Source of the DNA: Trypanosoma brucei | Lineage: Eukaryota | Length of the DNA: 64,000 nucleotides | Direction: 5' to 3' | Assembly: GCA_000002445.1 (NCBI GenBank) | Contig: CM000208.1 | Span: 288,001-352,000 of the forward strand | In this document: positions 31,572-41,631 of the stretch, one piece after another | Layout of the letters: each line of letters starts with the position of its first letter | Position numbering within the stretch: the stretch's first letter is position 1 | Notes under the pieces: model-generated | The model's input: the letters and a program-made list of their open reading frames with translations, nothing else | Databases searched by the model: none | Told to the model about the DNA's origin: nothing | Position numbers and translations under genes: made by a program

Positions 31572-33725
31572 TTATTTCTTCCGGGTCCGACTCTTACCTC
31601 TCGTTGTCTTCTTATCATTCACGCCTGCGGCAGTACCACCGGTTGAAGCGGAGTATAGCCTCCTTCTTGTTGCACCGTACATACCGAAACGAACAGCAGA
31701 GAGATCAGCCAGCGAGAACTCTGACTGCGAACTGCACCGGTCAAGGAGCTTCGACATCCGACGCTGGTACGTTGTCATGGTCGCAACTAATGGAGATGAA
31801 TCGTTTGCTGTGAGCTCCGAACTAGTTGACAAAGATGTGCTCAAGGAGAAACATGACAGCGGCTCCGGAATTTCGAACGTGCGGCTGCTCGACATGGCGA
31901 CAGAACACGGTTGAGAAATTGGTGGGTCGCTACAAACCTTTAGCTGCGCGAATTGACCTTGCTGCTCCTCAAACAACCCCCTTCGAGGTTTGCGGTGTTT
32001 GTTTATGCCGGAAAACCCCCTCGCATACTCGTCGTACAACGGCCACTTAAGGATATTCGTCGGTCGCAATCGCCCCTGTGGAGGATCGGGTTGTAGTTGC
32101 ACAAGCGCCTCGCTGTCACTATCATCACTGTCAGTGAAAGCTAAGCAACAGTCATCATTAGCACTCACCACACCAGCCTTCGCTTGCTGGGAATAGAAAA
32201 TACGTGCAAAGCAAACATGGCGGTTTATTGGAATGGCGCTCTTGCGCAACCTATCCATCAACTTCCTGGCCTTAGCCCTTGCAATTATCGAGGTCGAAAT
32301 TTCGTCAAGAAGCCTCGGTTTCATATAACGGGGAACAGGTTGAGCTTTGCGTCCCACTTCCGACAATGTAGAATTGGTCCCAGTGTAAGGTGCTTCGGCA
32401 AGGCTTTTATCGCCGCTGAACGTAATCTCACTAATAGAAGGGTAAGATGCTTCTCCACCCACGGGGGAAGGTGACCCGGAGACGCAAGCTGAACGTCCCA
32501 CATCTCTTCTGTGTTGCACTCGCTCTTGCGGCAACGAAGAGATTGTGATCGAAGCTTTGTCACGGACTGCATCCGAGACTGTCGATACTTGATTCTCGTA
32601 TTGGGATTCCAGTTTCTCCAACGCATAAGCAATAGTTAAAGGATTACGAAAGTATTCAACGACTTCGGCATTAAAAACCCTCTCCAATGCCTCTGGAACC
32701 AACGCAGCTAGGACGATACAGACTGCAGGGGGCTCACGTGTTGGTGGGAAGCTCCCCTGTACTTTCGCCGATGTGAAACCTCGTAGCTCCTTCGTCAACA
32801 AAGCAAAAAAATCCGGAAGAGCAAGACAAAAGTTGATTCCCCCCGGTTTGTCAGTGCTCGGTTGAATGATGCAGACGGACTTCATCGAAGATATGGCGTT
32901 CAAAACAATACGTTTTGGGGGTAATACAGGCTGATGAGCCTCGCAAGTCTGACTAAAGTCTTTCATAAACAGCGTTAATCCCAAGCCCCCTTGTTCAGAA
33001 GCCCCGCAGGCGACAAAAAGGGATATCAGCGCCGCGTTCAGATGCTCGCCTCCGGTAAACCACTGCTCGCATCTCTCCCTGACACGACACCTACTCCTTT
33101 CCACTCTACCAGGAGCGAAGGAGAACGAATTACGTTCTGGTTTAGCCTGCTCCGCGCGCGGAAGCCCAGTTTGGAACGGTGGTGCTGACAATCTCCCTTT
33201 GCGTGTGTATTTTTCCGCATCACTACGCGCACTGGCACATGTGCCTGTAACGCTAGAGCATCTTTGGGACTGTCTAACCGAACAACTCGCACTTTTTGGC
33301 CGTACTGGAGGGTACTCCTTCGAATGCCCATGTCGTGTACATGTTAACACCAATGACCTAGCACCATTCGTGTAAACGGGTTCTGATGCTGCGCTGGAAA
33401 GTTTCCTTTCGGGCCGCATCTTTTCTAAGCGTCTTATAATAGCGGCACGCCTAACACAACTGTCTTCATAAATAGTCACCGAAGTTCCCCTTCGGAGTGA
33501 ATGAGGCCTCAAATTTGTTGGTTCAGTCACACTACGAGCTCTGAGCGTCCTTTCTCCAGCATCGTTGCGGCTACTGGTACAAAGACATGAGCGACTGGCC
33601 TCCGAAATGGATGTCATGCTCGAGCCCCGAAGGTTCGTATGGCTCCTTCGCGAGCGCAAGTCCCTTCCTTCAACTACTGCGCTAAGTGGAGTGGCTTCCG
33701 TACATCCTCTACTGTGGGAAGCCAT
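31572..33725 (-). CDS. Hypothetical Ser-rich protein, 717 aa
   Basis: Uninterrupted 2.15-kb ORF on the coding strand. I recognise no domain. Confidence 0.5.
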   Translation of the reverse strand: MASHSRGCTEATPLSAVVEGRDLRSRRSHTNLRGSSMTSISEASRSCLCTSSRNDAGERTLRARSVTEPTNLRPHSLRRGTSVTIYEDSCVRRAAIIRRLEKMRPERKLSSAASEPVYTNGARSLVLTCTRHGHSKEYPPVRPKSASCSVRQSQRCSSVTGTCASARSDAEKYTRKGRLSAPPFQTGLPRAEQAKPERNSFSFAPGRVERSRCRVRERCEQWFTGGEHLNAALISLFVACGASEQGGLGLTLFMKDFSQTCEAHQPVLPPKRIVLNAISSMKSVCIIQPSTDKPGGINFCLALPDFFALLTKELRGFTSAKVQGSFPPTREPPAVCIVLAALVPEALERVFNAEVVEYFRNPLTIAYALEKLESQYENQVSTVSDAVRDKASITISSLPQERVQHRRDVGRSACVSGSPSPVGGEASYPSISEITFSGDKSLAEAPYTGTNSTLSEVGRKAQPVPRYMKPRLLDEISTSIIARAKARKLMDRLRKSAIPINRHVCFARIFYSQQAKAGVVSANDDCCLAFTDSDDSDSEALVQLQPDPPQGRLRPTNILKWPLYDEYARGFSGINKHRKPRRGLFEEQQGQFAQLKVCSDPPISQPCSVAMSSSRTFEIPEPLSCFSLSTSLSTSSELTANDSSPLVATMTTYQRRMSKLLDRCSSQSEFSLADLSAVRFGMYGATRRRLYSASTGGTAAGVNDKKTTRGKSRTRKK

Positions 33726-34039
33726 CCACTGGTAGTCGACGAAAAGAAAAAAGAGAAAAAAAAGGTTGACCTGAGAATACTAATAGACAGCAGTGATTCA
33801 TACGAGCATGTGTGGGTTGCAGCAGTAACCAAATTCAAAAGGAGTACGGTGAGGAAAAAGAAGGCTGACTCCAAAATTAATTTTCTCTGTAATGAGGTAC
33901 CAAAGGTCGGTGAAACGGTAGCGCCGATTTCCCCCCTCTGAAGGCCTGAGCTGCTTTCCTTACAACCCGTGTCAACGAGAGTGGATAAGCAGTCACACAT
34001 GGACACACACAAAAAAGAAAAATGAATTTGTCCCCCTTT

Positions 34040-35077
34040 CTACGTCCTTCCTGTCATAAAGGTGCGCAAATCCACTCGACCCTCCAAATTTTCGAGTTCG
34101 TCTTGTTGTTCGGGAGCTTTTTCGACAAAAACAAATTCTTTTCGGAGTGATGACCCAGAGCGGTCTTTCGAGCAATCCTTTGAACAGACGAAGACCGTTA
34201 CCGTACCCCAATCGACACCTTCGTCTCCCGACGGTGACCCCGAAGCTATATAGTCTCGAACACGAAGATAGTACACACTAGTTGGCATTATCTGCAGTTC
34301 GTGAATTAGAGCGGCCCCACAATCTCTACACGGTGGTATCCGGATGATTTCCTTAACCCTACTCGGTCGCATAAAGAGAGGTGGCGCAACTGCTGACACT
34401 AAGGTAACTCCACAAGATTCCGTGGGGAACCGTTCATAATAACGGATAACCTGACTTGGCTCTCTCGCCACCCTCCTCCGGAATTTATCAAATTCGTAAT
34501 CAGCAGGTTTGTCCTTTAGATCAATTGTTTGTTCCAATTCCTTTATGTCATTTTCGGTTATATCCGGGTTCTTAGCGTTCTCTTGGGCTGCACGGATCAT
34601 CTCTGCTTCAAGATCTGTCGGGACTACAATTTCTTTTCTTGGTTCGCTATCAATAGCCACATAGCACGGAGGAAATGTACTGGGGGGTAACTCCGATGCC
34701 ATAACAGGATCCGAGCGCGCAGCTTCCTCCGACTGGATATCGTCGAGCGCCTCTTCATCCATGTTCTCCGCCTGTAGAGTGAACGCGCACCAACTGCTTG
34801 AAGGCTGACGAGAGCATGCATCAGAGTTACAACAAAACACGTATATCATTCGGTGATGTCCAGCAGAAGATTGAGGCAAAGGGCTGAAGGCCTGGAGGAC
34901 GAGGAACATGTGACGCCCACATACACCACAAGTGGTCCACTCGCGTATTGTCATCAGTTGAGATTCAGAAAGTGAAGGTCGATATGTCGGGGAACCACCT
35001 ATTTTCGTTTCTGAAGTAAGTTTATTCCTCTCCAGAGGCATGTAGCCATCAAAAACACCAAGCAATACCTCTCGCAT
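34040..35077 (-). CDS. Programmed cell death protein 2 (PDCD2/Tsr4)-like protein, 345 aa
   Basis: The N-terminal PDCD2_N-like part reads GGSPTYRPS...TCGVCGRHMFLVLQAF. The C-terminal PDCD2_C signature reads PCRDCGAALIHELQIMPTSVYYL...DWGTVTVFVCSKDCS, compared with PDCD2 C.LCG....FEFQVMPQLL..L...EWGTL.VYTC..SC. Confidence 0.7.
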   Translation of the reverse strand: MREVLLGVFDGYMPLERNKLTSETKIGGSPTYRPSLSESQLMTIREWTTCGVCGRHMFLVLQAFSPLPQSSAGHHRMIYVFCCNSDACSRQPSSSWCAFTLQAENMDEEALDDIQSEEAARSDPVMASELPPSTFPPCYVAIDSEPRKEIVVPTDLEAEMIRAAQENAKNPDITENDIKELEQTIDLKDKPADYEFDKFRRRVAREPSQVIRYYERFPTESCGVTLVSAVAPPLFMRPSRVKEIIRIPPCRDCGAALIHELQIMPTSVYYLRVRDYIASGSPSGDEGVDWGTVTVFVCSKDCSKDRSGSSLRKEFVFVEKAPEQQDELENLEGRVDLRTFMTGRT

Positions 35078-35645
35078 ACCGCTTCACAAGAGCCTAACGA
35101 CGCTACCAGTGGAGATATATGAGGGGCAAGGGAAAACAAACACGGAAAATATTACACTACCACTATCCAGTTTAAAAAAGAAAAAAATCATTAGGTAAAA
35201 CGGGGAATGTTACGGTTTTTTTTTTAGAAAAAAACCGTAATACAGATCGATGACTGTAATTCTTCCATCCAGTGCCAACGAAAATACAAGCACGTGATTC
35301 ACTTTTTTCTTCCCTTCGTTTTTCGTACCTGATACCTCTTACAACGACAAACTGTTAAGAAAAACAGTAGGGGGCACAAATATGACACTAACAACAACGA
35401 TACCTCTGGAGGAGATTAGTCCCGTACGGGGGAGAGGGCGGAAGAACCACAGAAGACCATGTAACCATCCGACAATTACAAAATCAAACTGTAGCAAAAA
35501 GTGGTAGAAGCACATTGTAAGACATAATACCACGGAAATATATATTGACGGCAAAAAAATTATAAATCGAAGACAAATTTGCTAAATATCCGAAAATGTA
35601 GCTTACCGACACATACATTCGTCATAAACAAGATAAGATAGGTAA

Positions 35646-37727
35646 TCACACTGACCCCAGCTCTTCCGCCCACTTTTCAAACTGTTTGATTGAGCTCTGT
35701 GAAACAGAAGGTTGGATTTTCTTCAGAGCATCCTCAAAGTCATTCATTGTAACTGGGGAAACAATCATCTTGCCTCCCTCCTTCATCGCAGCGATCTCTG
35801 CCGGTGATCTGTCCGCGATTAACCTTCGCATTGGCATCATTGCGGCGTCACGAACAACTAGGTTCATGTCTGCGCCGCTAAATCCTTCCGTTCTTTTATC
35901 GGATATCTCCTCCAGATCAACAGAGGGGTCCAAAGACAAAGTAGCTGTTTGTTTCTTGAGTAAACTCAGTCGTCCAGCTTTATCCGGAAGAGGTATATAA
36001 ATGCGCTTTTCCAGCCTGCGGCGCATGGCCTCATCCAAATCCCATGGACGATTTGTAGTTGCGAGAACCAGCACGCGTTTATCATTTTCAGTGCACAATC
36101 CATCAAATTGCTGAAGCATCTCACTCTTAATACGTCGGCTCGCTTCATGTTCGTTTCCACCTCGAGCAGACATTAAAGCGTCAACTTCATCAAAAAATAT
36201 TGTTGATGGTGCGTAATGGCGCGCAAGATGGAACAGTGACCGCACAATCTTCTCGCTCTCGCCAAAATACTTGCTAATAAGGGACGAGGCGCTGATGTTG
36301 AAGAAGGTCGTTTTGGCGCTTGTAGCCACAGCTCGAGCAAGCATCGTTTTCCCTGTCCCAGGAGGACCAAACAATAGGACACCCTTCCAAGGTTGCACAA
36401 CCCCAGTGAAGAGCTCCGGTACCAACAGTGGTAATATTATGGCTTCCTTCAGTAAACGCTTAGCTTCGGGGATGCCGGCTATGTCATCCCACTCGACGTT
36501 GGGAGACCGTTCAATTATCTCTGCTTCAATGCGTTCAAGTAATTCAGGAGCAATACCTGGAGGAGCACAGGGTGCAACTGAGTTCAACACCTTATCTTTT
36601 GGTACTGCCTTATCAACCACTTTCCCCTTACGATTAGAAACCTTGTCAGGAAACGCTGCCTTTCCACTGGAGCAAAGGGGCTCCTCTTCCACTATTGGGA
36701 TACCCTTCTTGTTTGTGTCACTCTTCTTGGGAGACAAAGTAAACGGTGGTGGCCTACCGTACAGTTTGTTTGCCGGGGGTTTGTGTCCTTCTACTACGGC
36801 AACCTCTCTCACCGATATCTTTCCACCCGTCGCAAGAAGTATGGGAAGCGATTCACCCAACCGAACTCCAGGAGCGTGGAGGGTTGGGCAGACAACCTCA
36901 CCGTTGATTGATAAACTAAAATGCTCAGATGATACCAGCAACGTTATGGTTACGCGCTCTCTGATCAACCGGAGGGTCTTCATGGGTTCCAATAGTTCAA
37001 GTCGCTCAAACGTGTCTTGCTCCGTCATTCGCCACTTTTCCACCGAAAGAAAAATACCACCAGAGGAATCATAATGGACCAAAGCCACACAAAACCCCTG
37101 TCTCTCGTCTCCCGCCCTGGGAGTTATTCCCATACCAAACATTGCATACCGTCCTTGACTTACCAAGCTTTGGATTTGCGCAGTAAAGCAAGCGATGTTT
37201 TTGCCCTGTGGAAGAGGCGCTACCGTTCGAAGCGCCAACAGATCATTGCAGTGAATTTTCGTGTTCTGAGCATAGTGGACTTCTTCACATATAAAAAGTA
37301 TGTTCGATCCCATTGCATTTTGCCTCTGAATGCGGCCACCTGAGCACATCAAAGTCCATCCAGGTACACGATCGCTGGGTTGTTGGAGACGCACCGGCAT
37401 ATTCGGAATACAAGATTCTTCGTCCAGCGGGTTTACCCAAGGGGGTCGGTCCGTGTAGTCGCCAAACTGAGAAAATGTCCAACCAGTGGTGCTCCTGACT
37501 TGTTGGGACCGTGGTACTGTGGGCATGATACCCTCACGCAACAGGGCATTGCGCTTACCGTTGCGGGGAAAACTTCGAACCGTTCCATGACTTGGAGCAT
37601 TTCTAGAAAATCGGTTAAACGCATCTTGGGTCCGTTTGCTTTGAAGAGAGGAGTAAATTGCCTTTTGAAGCCCCACGTCGTCGTCCATTGGTAAAAACCC
37701 TTTGCAGCCGCAGTTTATCAGCACCAC
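35646..37727 (-). CDS. AAA+ ATPase of the meiotic clade (katanin p60/spastin/fidgetin-like), 693 aa
   Basis: The single C-terminal AAA cassette has Walker A LLFGPPGTGKTMLARAVA, Walker B TIFFDEVDAL, the second region of homology VLVLATTNRPWDLDEAMRRRLEKRIYIPLPD and a C-terminal helix TMNDFEDALKKIQPSV. The N-terminal ~380 aa are non-AAA (presumably a microtubule-interacting region). Confidence 0.8.
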   Translation of the reverse strand: MVLINCGCKGFLPMDDDVGLQKAIYSSLQSKRTQDAFNRFSRNAPSHGTVRSFPRNGKRNALLREGIMPTVPRSQQVRSTTGWTFSQFGDYTDRPPWVNPLDEESCIPNMPVRLQQPSDRVPGWTLMCSGGRIQRQNAMGSNILFICEEVHYAQNTKIHCNDLLALRTVAPLPQGKNIACFTAQIQSLVSQGRYAMFGMGITPRAGDERQGFCVALVHYDSSGGIFLSVEKWRMTEQDTFERLELLEPMKTLRLIRERVTITLLVSSEHFSLSINGEVVCPTLHAPGVRLGESLPILLATGGKISVREVAVVEGHKPPANKLYGRPPPFTLSPKKSDTNKKGIPIVEEEPLCSSGKAAFPDKVSNRKGKVVDKAVPKDKVLNSVAPCAPPGIAPELLERIEAEIIERSPNVEWDDIAGIPEAKRLLKEAIILPLLVPELFTGVVQPWKGVLLFGPPGTGKTMLARAVATSAKTTFFNISASSLISKYFGESEKIVRSLFHLARHYAPSTIFFDEVDALMSARGGNEHEASRRIKSEMLQQFDGLCTENDKRVLVLATTNRPWDLDEAMRRRLEKRIYIPLPDKAGRLSLLKKQTATLSLDPSVDLEEISDKRTEGFSGADMNLVVRDAAMMPMRRLIADRSPAEIAAMKEGGKMIVSPVTMNDFEDALKKIQPSVSQSSIKQFEKWAEELGSV

Positions 37728-40210
37728 AATAACAAACTTTTCGTGGGCAAAAGCAATCAGATTGCCGTAACTCTACGGGCGCTTTATGTATATATATACT
37801 ACAGTTCTCCCTTTACAAGTTACCAAAATGCAGATAAAGCAAATGGAACTCTTTAAAACTGGAATAACAAACTAACAATAAATAACTGCCTTCCCTCCTG
37901 AATCGGCAAAAAACAATTCGAAGGACTGGGGACAAGACAAAGTGAGCAACCAATACGTTCCAAAATAACAATAATTAAAGTAGTTCAAAAATAAAGTTAG
38001 AGAACAAACTGTAAACAATAAGTAGATGCACGTTCCCTCAATCAAGAAAAAAGGAAAACAATGCACAGTAACGTTAGAAAATAAACAATTCCTCCCTGTG
38101 TCACGAAACTGACCTGCATGGGTAAATCATTACATAGAGGTAACTACTTATTGGACCCGTCCCACTACGTAGTTATGCTGGAGAGGAAAGGATTGGGGCT
38201 CCGATCTCGGGAAACGGCACGTGCTCTATACATCTCTTCCTCCAAATAGATAGAAGTTAATAGAACATGCAAGCAGACAGCAGATGAGCGGAGAACTCAA
38301 AAGAAACTTCAAGCTAAATTGGATACTCGTACAATTTTGCAGCAGAAAACAAAATCCATTGATGTCAAAAAAAAAGCGACTGGAAAATGCTGTAGAGGCA
38401 ACCAACAACTGGCGGTGCTAACAATGAAAACGCCATCCCACATCAAAACATCAGACATCAGCCATATGCTAGAGCGATGAAAAAAGTGAAGACCTATATG
38501 ACCTCAACCCGAGGTATTGAATGAAAACTGTTGTCCGCAGCAGCCGCAACACACAATAAGGGTTTCCCACAAACAAACCCCATGAGACATAATATCTGCA
38601 ACATCAAGACAAAAGAAAAATCGTTCAAACAGCAATTTGAAAACAACGTAGTGAACGCGGGTGAAGGTACTCGTTAATGCGCATAGGGCATGCTGCGGTT
38701 CGATTTTTGAACACAAGCGGGTATAGCCATTCTCAGCCGCCACCACTTGGAGAGGCAAACACTCACGTCCGCAACGAAATCGTCCAACTAACAAGGACTG
38801 TACCTTAAACTGACGATGCCTTCGGCTACGGCAGTGGGGTTGCTGTGAGCACAGTAATCGTTGTTCCCTGCTCGGCAATAGAACCAGCTGATGTCCCCCG
38901 TAACACATTTAGAGTTGCATCGGAAAGAGCGCAGTGCAAAGCCACCGAGGGCTACATGTGAGACCTCCCGCTTCACAAATATCATAGTAATACATGCAGA
39001 AATAGCCATCAGCACCGTCGGTGACGATCAACAACAAGCGGTCTCCGACCTCTTCTCTCCGCACCTTTACGCCGAACATCACTATCGCAGAGATTGTCGG
39101 AGAACACTCTCGAGGTGCTGACCAGAACCACGGCAAACCAAAAAAGTTTCCGTTCATAAAACCCGACCCCTACCCTGCGACCATGATGAACAGTGGGCCC
39201 ATTCACAGCACGTCAGCATTGCACCTAGTTTATAAACACTGATCGCACTTTGAGGACCCTGGGCGACTACACCAAGTTACTTACAACGGCCAATCACAAC
39301 AATGTGGAAAGGGACCAGGCATCCGTTAAAAGCGTCTATCCCATCCAACTGTTGGTCACCTCTCGTGACGCCGACGGCGCGGCCCGTCAAGGCGGTGAGA
39401 ACGGTACGGCGTAAGAGGGTGAGCCCCCGTCAAAAAGGAAAACCAAAACCGCCACCAACGCCGCAAAGCCAGATGCAGCGCGGCCCCACGACAAACAATG
39501 CTTCGACCCTTCCCAAATCAAGCCCCGGATATACGAATTTGGGATAACCGGTGGCCGAACGCATACCAAGAGAACCGGGCCGCCCCGTCGACGGGGCGGC
39601 CATCGCGTGGACCCACCCGGCCTCGCACGAAGAAACCGGTTACAACCGGGGGGAGCGGAAGAGTTGATGAGTCAGATCCCGGGGAGTAAGGACGGCGTTC
39701 GTTCCTTTCGGTGGCCGTAACGCCTGGGGTGAAGGCTGTGCTCTGCCTTGTGAAGCAGCAGGGGGCTCGGCAGCCCCTGCGCTTCAGGGAGGCGTTCCTC
39801 TTCGCAGAGGATGCGGTAGTGCACAAGATTCGCGAGGAGCGTAGCTTTCCCCGCACAGGAGCGCCGTGTTCGCCGAAATAGGGCACCCAGCTCGCAAAAG
39901 TGTCCGAACTTTTTTCCAACCGCTCACCCCCCACCCTTAATCCAGGGCTTTCTGGGGGGTGTGGCAACCTCTGCTGTCCAGGAAGGTGACCGAAACATAG
40001 GAGGGAAAGCGCCACCGGGGTGCGTCCGCGAAGGTAATCAGAAGTGTACCTGAAAAATGTGAGGGGGACAAGGGGAAGTCTTGGCCCTTTCGATCCACGC
40101 TTTCTCCGGGAGCGCCGCGAATAGGTGTGTTGTCACTTTCGCGCCACTTCAAGGCCGCCTGAGGCCGGCGGGACCGCCGAGAGCTTTTAAACCGCCTCCG
40201 AGCTCTACTA

Positions 40211-40222
40211 GGGGGGGGGGGG
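40211..40222. repeat. G12 homopolymer (followed by tggg) inside the GC-rich island
   Basis: ctactagggggggggggggtgggctgacgg. Confidence 0.9.
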
Positions 40223-41619
40223 TGGGCTGACGGTGAGATCGTGGTGCGGGTCGTATATGCCTGTCTTTCTCCCTGAGGAACGCGCTGTGGAGTGTTAACG
40301 AAGGAAATAGGAATACCTCTGTCGCGTATGTGATTGGTATGAAAGGCGGTGGCGAGAACAGCGGGATGAGATGTCATAACAGCTCCTTTCCGCTTCGGAA
40401 ATGCTTTGCTTTTGTCAGTGCTCAACTCCGATACCGCACCCGAGTAATGGCCTTCTCCCCCTTGTAGGGCGGCAAACGCCCAGCTACAGCGCAAGCACTG
40501 AGTACCCTCCCAAAGTACACTCGATCGTACGCCGCTTTCAACTACTTCAAAGGACGGAGGAAGCAGCCCAACCGTTAAGAATACCCCTCAGACCACCACA
40601 TCTGCGCGGTCAGCGACGGGCGGTACACAGATGAAACCGCTATTAGAGTCGGACCAAGCTAAGGGTGCCAAACCATCACGGTGTCAGAGTACCGGCATTG
40701 CTCACCGTAGGGGTAATGGTGTTTCTAGATTAGTATCGAACAGACGAGTTTCCCATGACGATTTCCATTTTCCGAAGCAGACTCCAAAAACGCCTGCAGG
40801 CATGGGAACTTCTGCAGATGGTGGAAAGGATGCGCTTGAGATTGGGGTCCCAAGAGACTTCGACGCAGCAGTCCACGAGAGGAAAGTGCCAAAAAGGATT
40901 GTTGTGGCACCGTTCTCCACAGCCATTGTGGTTTCCTTGAAGCAGAGAAGTGCCGCGATGTTGGGCACGGAGCGCAGCCGGCGACCACTGCGGCGGCACA
41001 GAAATTCTTTTCACAATTGATTTAATTCATTGCCCCTGCTGTGAAGTCAAAGGCGGGAATTTCCGGAAGTAAACCAGATCATCGCGGTAGAAACTTTATC
41101 CTCGAATTTTCTTTCATCCCGCCGCCCAGCATTTTCCCCGTCAGCTTTGGCATACTGTCAGTTGGCTTCGCGGGTAGAAACAGCGCTGTCCCACTGGCGT
41201 TTTTGGTTGGATTCGGCAACGGCGCGGTGATACTATGCACATGTTTCTTTTGCTCTTTTCCAAACCGCATGAGCAGGTTAGGAGGCTGCGGCAGATGCCG
41301 CAACCCGCTCACCTACAGCTTCTTCGGTTCTCTCCCAAACGATTCTTCTTCCCCAGTTTCCACACCGCTGGAGCACCCCGTAAATGACGGCCCACGGTTA
41401 GATATTTACAATAGTTTTAAACATGCGGTCTGTAATTCCAGAAACTCAATACATTTTTGTGAGTGAATGTGTTGAGTGTTCCTTTGCGAGAGGGCTGTGC
41501 ATATGTGCCCGCCCTTGTATGCATCGGCTGCCTCTTTGGAAGGCGGTAACCACTAACAACCAGATTCCAAGTGGTTAACAGATACGGCGCGAATACCAAC
41601 TTTAGCAGCCTCCAACATT

Positions 41620-41631
41620 CCCCCCCCCCCC
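41620..41631. repeat. C12 homopolymer inside the island
   Basis: ccaacattcccccccccccctgatgatg. Confidence 0.9.

Noticed and set aside
38690-38712. gcggttcgatttttga, a T-loop-like GGTTCGA motif (possible tRNA)
   Set aside because: It lacks the downstream acceptor stem/CCA context and a matching D-arm, so no cloverleaf can be drawn by eye. The similar motif at ~40088 (ctttcgatcc) also fails.
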